Shown in pieces: positions 33,851 through 36,900 of a DNA stretch of 36,900 nucleotides. Under the pieces are notes generated by a model, which saw only the letters and a program-made list of their open reading frames with translations, had not been told where the DNA came from and searched no databases. This stretch comes from Chiloscyllium plagiosum (Eukaryota). The first letter of the stretch is position 1. Each line of letters begins with the position of its first letter. The stretch lies in assembly GCF_004010195.1 (NCBI RefSeq), contig NC_057752.1, forward strand, positions 501,449-538,348, given 5' to 3'. Made by a program: the position numbers and the translations under genes.

Positions 33851-34771
33851 TTCATGGCTATATACAAGCTTTAATGCATGAGGGTCTGCACAGACAGCAT
33901 ACTGCACCATCTGCAACCAAGGAGAACAATGCACACATGTCACATTGGGTGCCTGGGTGCTTGACATCAGGGTGCTTCTGAGAATGGACAAACTTCCCCT
34001 CCTGCATTACTCCCTTATCGGCCAGGTTTTACAGTATCACTCCCTTCAAAATCCTGCTGCCCATCTTCACAAGTGCACTGCTCCCTTGCCCAGAGCCTGC
34101 TGCACCTAATCCCAAATACTAAACAACATTCCTCTTAGCTTTTGTGGATGAATCTGATGGACTGAACATTTACCACGCCCTTGACTGATATGACTAGACA
34201 GCCCAAGTCAAGACATACCCAGATTCCTAAATGGTGTCCATACATCTCCCTCATTAGCCCTACCTTCTGGTCTGGCTGCTCGAGAGACAATGGAGGTACT
34301 GTGGCCCACCTCCTAGACTGCAAAGGTATAGACCATGCAAAAACACCTCTGACACCCCCAACCAGGTGACTGAACATGATGAATGCCATTGAGTGATATG
34401 GGAAGCTCCTCTTGATTGGGACCCGCTGTGTTTCGCATGCTTCTATGGACTTCATTGACAAATATTCCCCTTTGAATTGGCTACATGGCTGCCTGCTTGC
34501 TGTCTATGTAGGGTGTTTGCCATGTAAGCTGCTGGCCCATGGAGCAGGTTTGAGATTGATATAGTACATTGCCATATAGCAACATTGTCAGAGAGGATTC
34601 TGAGGGACAGGATTTACATGTATTTGGAAAAGCAGCGACTGATTATGGATAGTCAACATGGCTTAATGTGTGGGAAATCATGTCTCACTGATTGATTGAT
34701 TTTTTTGAAGAAGTGACAAAGAAGATTGATGAAGGCAGAGCGGTGGGTGTTGCTGAAGTCCAAATAGACTT

Positions 34772-35080
34772 CAGTGGCTCAGTGGTTAGCACTGCTGCCT
34801 CACAGCACCAGGGTCCCAGGTTCGATTCCAGCCTCAGGTGACTGTCTGTGTAGAGTTTGTATGTTCTCCCTGTGTCCACGTGGGTTTCCTCCGGGTGCTC
34901 CAGTTTCTTCCCACAGTCCAAGGATATGCAGGTCAGGTGAATTGACCATGCTAAATTGCCCATAGTGCTAGATGCATTAGCCAGAGGGAAATGGGTCTGG
35001 GTGGGTTACTCTTTGGAGGGTTGGTGTGGATTGGTTGGGCCAAAGGGCCTGTTTCCACACTGAGGGAATCTAATCTAATC
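34772..35080 (+). mobile_element. HE1-like SINE
   Basis: gtggctcagtggttagcactgctgcctcacagc..ggttcgattcc (A and B boxes); ends gggaatctaatctaatc. Confidence 0.9.
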
Positions 35081-35259
35081 AGACAAGGTGTTCAACAAGG
35101 TTCTGCAAGGTTAGATCACATGGAATACAGGGAGAGCTCTCCATTTGAATACAAAATTGGCTTGAAGGTAGGAGACAGAGTATTGTAGTGAAGTGTTGCT
35201 TTTCGGACTGGAGGCCTGTGACCAGTGGTGTTGCTTTGTGTCATTTATATAAATAATTT

Positions 35260-35586
35260 GATTAGATTAGATTAGATTACAGATTAGATTACAGTGTGGA
35301 AACAGGCCCTTCGGCCCAACAAATCCACACCGACCCGCCGAAGCGCAACCCACCCATACCCCTACATTTACCCCTAACCTAACACTACAGGCAATTTAGC
35401 ATGGCCGATTCACCTGACCGGCACATCTTTGGACTGTGGGAGGAAACCGGAACACCCGGAGGAAACCCACGCAGACACGGGGAGAACATGCAAACTCCAC
35501 ACAGTCAGTCGCCTGAGTCGGGAATTGAACCCGGGTCTCAGGCGCTGTGAGGCAGCAGTGCTAACCACTGTGCCACCATGCCGCCC
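35260..35586 (-). mobile_element. HE1-like SINE, full length, young
   Basis: Minus strand starts GGGCGGCATGGTGGCACAGTGGTTAGC..GGGTTCAATTCCC; CpG-rich; (TAATC)n tail. Confidence 0.95.
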
Positions 35587-36654
35587 ACTGGTTGTGAGAA
35601 AGGAGGAATAATTCATAAGTTTGCAGATGACACTAAAATTGGAGGTGTACTGGATAGTGAAGAAGGTTGTCTCAGAGTACAACAGGACCTCGGTCAGATA
35701 GACTAATGGGCCAAGGAGGGGCAGATGGAGTTAATTTATATAAATGTAAGGTATTGTGTTTTGGTAAGGCAAATGAGGGCAGGATTTATACACTTAATAG
35801 TTGGGTCCTGGGGAGTGTTGCTGAACAAAGAGACCTTGGAGTGCATGTTCATAGCTCCTTGAAGGTGGAGTTACACGTGGACAGGATAGTGAAGAAAGTA
35901 TTTGGTATGCTTGCTTTTATTGATCAGAGTATTGAGTACAGGAGTTGGGATGTCATGTTACAGCTGTACAGGATATTAGTTAGGCCACTTTTGGAATATG
36001 GTGTTCAATTCTAGTCTAGGAAAGACGTTATTAAACTTGAAAAGTTCCAGAAAAGATTTACAAGGATGTTGCCAGGGTTGGAAGATTTGAGCTATAGGGA
36101 GAGGCTGAACAGGCTGGGGCTGTTTTCTCTGCAGCGTCGGAGGCTGAGGGGTGACCTTATAGAGGTTTACAAAATTATGAGGGGCATGGATAGGATAAAT
36201 AGGATAAATAGACAAAGTCTTTTCCCTGGGGTCAGGGAGTCCAGAACTAGAGGGCATAGGTTTATGGTGAGAGGGGAAAGATTTAAAAGGGACTTAAGGG
36301 GCAACTTTTTCACACAAAGGGAACGTAATGAGCTGCCAGAGGAAGTGGTGGAGGTTGGTACAGCTACAACATTTAAAAGGCATCTGGATGGGTATATGAA
36401 TAAGAAAGGTTTAGAGGGATATAAGCCAAATGCTGACAAATGGGACTAGATTAATTTAGGATATCTGATCGGCATGGACGAGTTGGGCTGAAGGGTTTGT
36501 TTCAATGCTGTATGACTGTACGACTCTGTATGCTCATAAGGCTGAGAACTGCTCTGCAACAACACAAACTGCCTAGTTGTCTGTCTCCACTAACTGCAAG
36601 CCAGGTAAGGGAGGGATGCTGTCAGCAAGCAGGTAGGCACTAAGCGAGTAAGCA

Positions 36655-36763
36655 CTCAGGTTGTTGAATTTGAGTCAACAGAAACTAGATTCTTGTACTT
36701 GAGACAAGAGGAACCAAGGACTTGTACATAAGATATGAGGAACCAGAGTTTTGTATTTGAGAT
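36655..36763 (+). repeat. Second block of the 29-bp minisatellite (~4 units), abutting a PLE terminus
   Basis: ttcttgtacttgagacaagaggaaccaaggacttgtac..gaggaaccagagttttgtatttgag has the same unit as 30786-31150. Confidence 0.85.
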
Positions 36764-36900
36764 GAAAATGTGTTGCTGGAAAAGCGCAGCAGGTCAGGCA
36801 GCATCCAAGGAACAGGAGAATCGATGTTTCGGGCATAAGCCCTTCTTCAGGAATGAGGAAAGTGTGTCCAGCAGGCTAAGATAAAAGGTAGGGAGGAGGG
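36764..36900 (-). mobile_element. Penelope pLTR terminus with hammerhead motif (36818-36854); runs off the window
   Basis: Homologous to the 21920-21985 terminus. Minus strand AUUC CUGAAGA A GGGC UUAU GCCC GAA ACAU C GAUUC. Confidence 0.85.

Larger units (their letters stand above)
34590..36530 (+). mobile_element. CR1/HER1-type LINE 3' part with two nested HE1-like SINEs
   Basis: KFADDTKIGG (~35616), QRDLGVHVHSSLKV, LYRILVRPLLEYGVQF and MLPGLEDLSYRERLNRLGLFSL..FKRHLDGYMNKKGLEGY; tail tgactgtacgactct. Confidence 0.95.

Overview
Vertebrate genomic DNA, inferred from its repeat families (HE1-like and Deu-domain SINEs, CR1/HER1-type LINEs, Penelope) to be from a shark. It is mostly decayed transposable elements, with one N-gap at 32697-33138. 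The only recognisable host gene segment is the first coding exon of a MARCHF9-like RING-CH E3 ligase (minus strand, 13313-13663), in a CpG island. Its leader is crowded with upstream AUGs, including an AUG-UAA start-stop abutting the main AUG. No other exon of this gene and no other host gene was recognised. Main observations: (i) several Penelope-like (PLE) termini carrying minimal hammerhead-ribozyme motifs, one apparently intact at 17059-17093; (ii) two PLE fold-back palindromes (~940 bp and ~200 bp) stacked at one target site; (iii) a ~1.1 kb array of four ~250-bp hairpin-rich monomers arranged as two dimers, punctuated by three copies of one 14-bp target-site duplication (TSD); (iv) a 29-bp stem-loop minisatellite present at two places 5.5 kb apart; (v) an 82-bp local inverted duplication; (vi) a possible ancient gag-protease remnant. 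Repeat boundaries were read by eye and are approximate unless fixed by a TSD.
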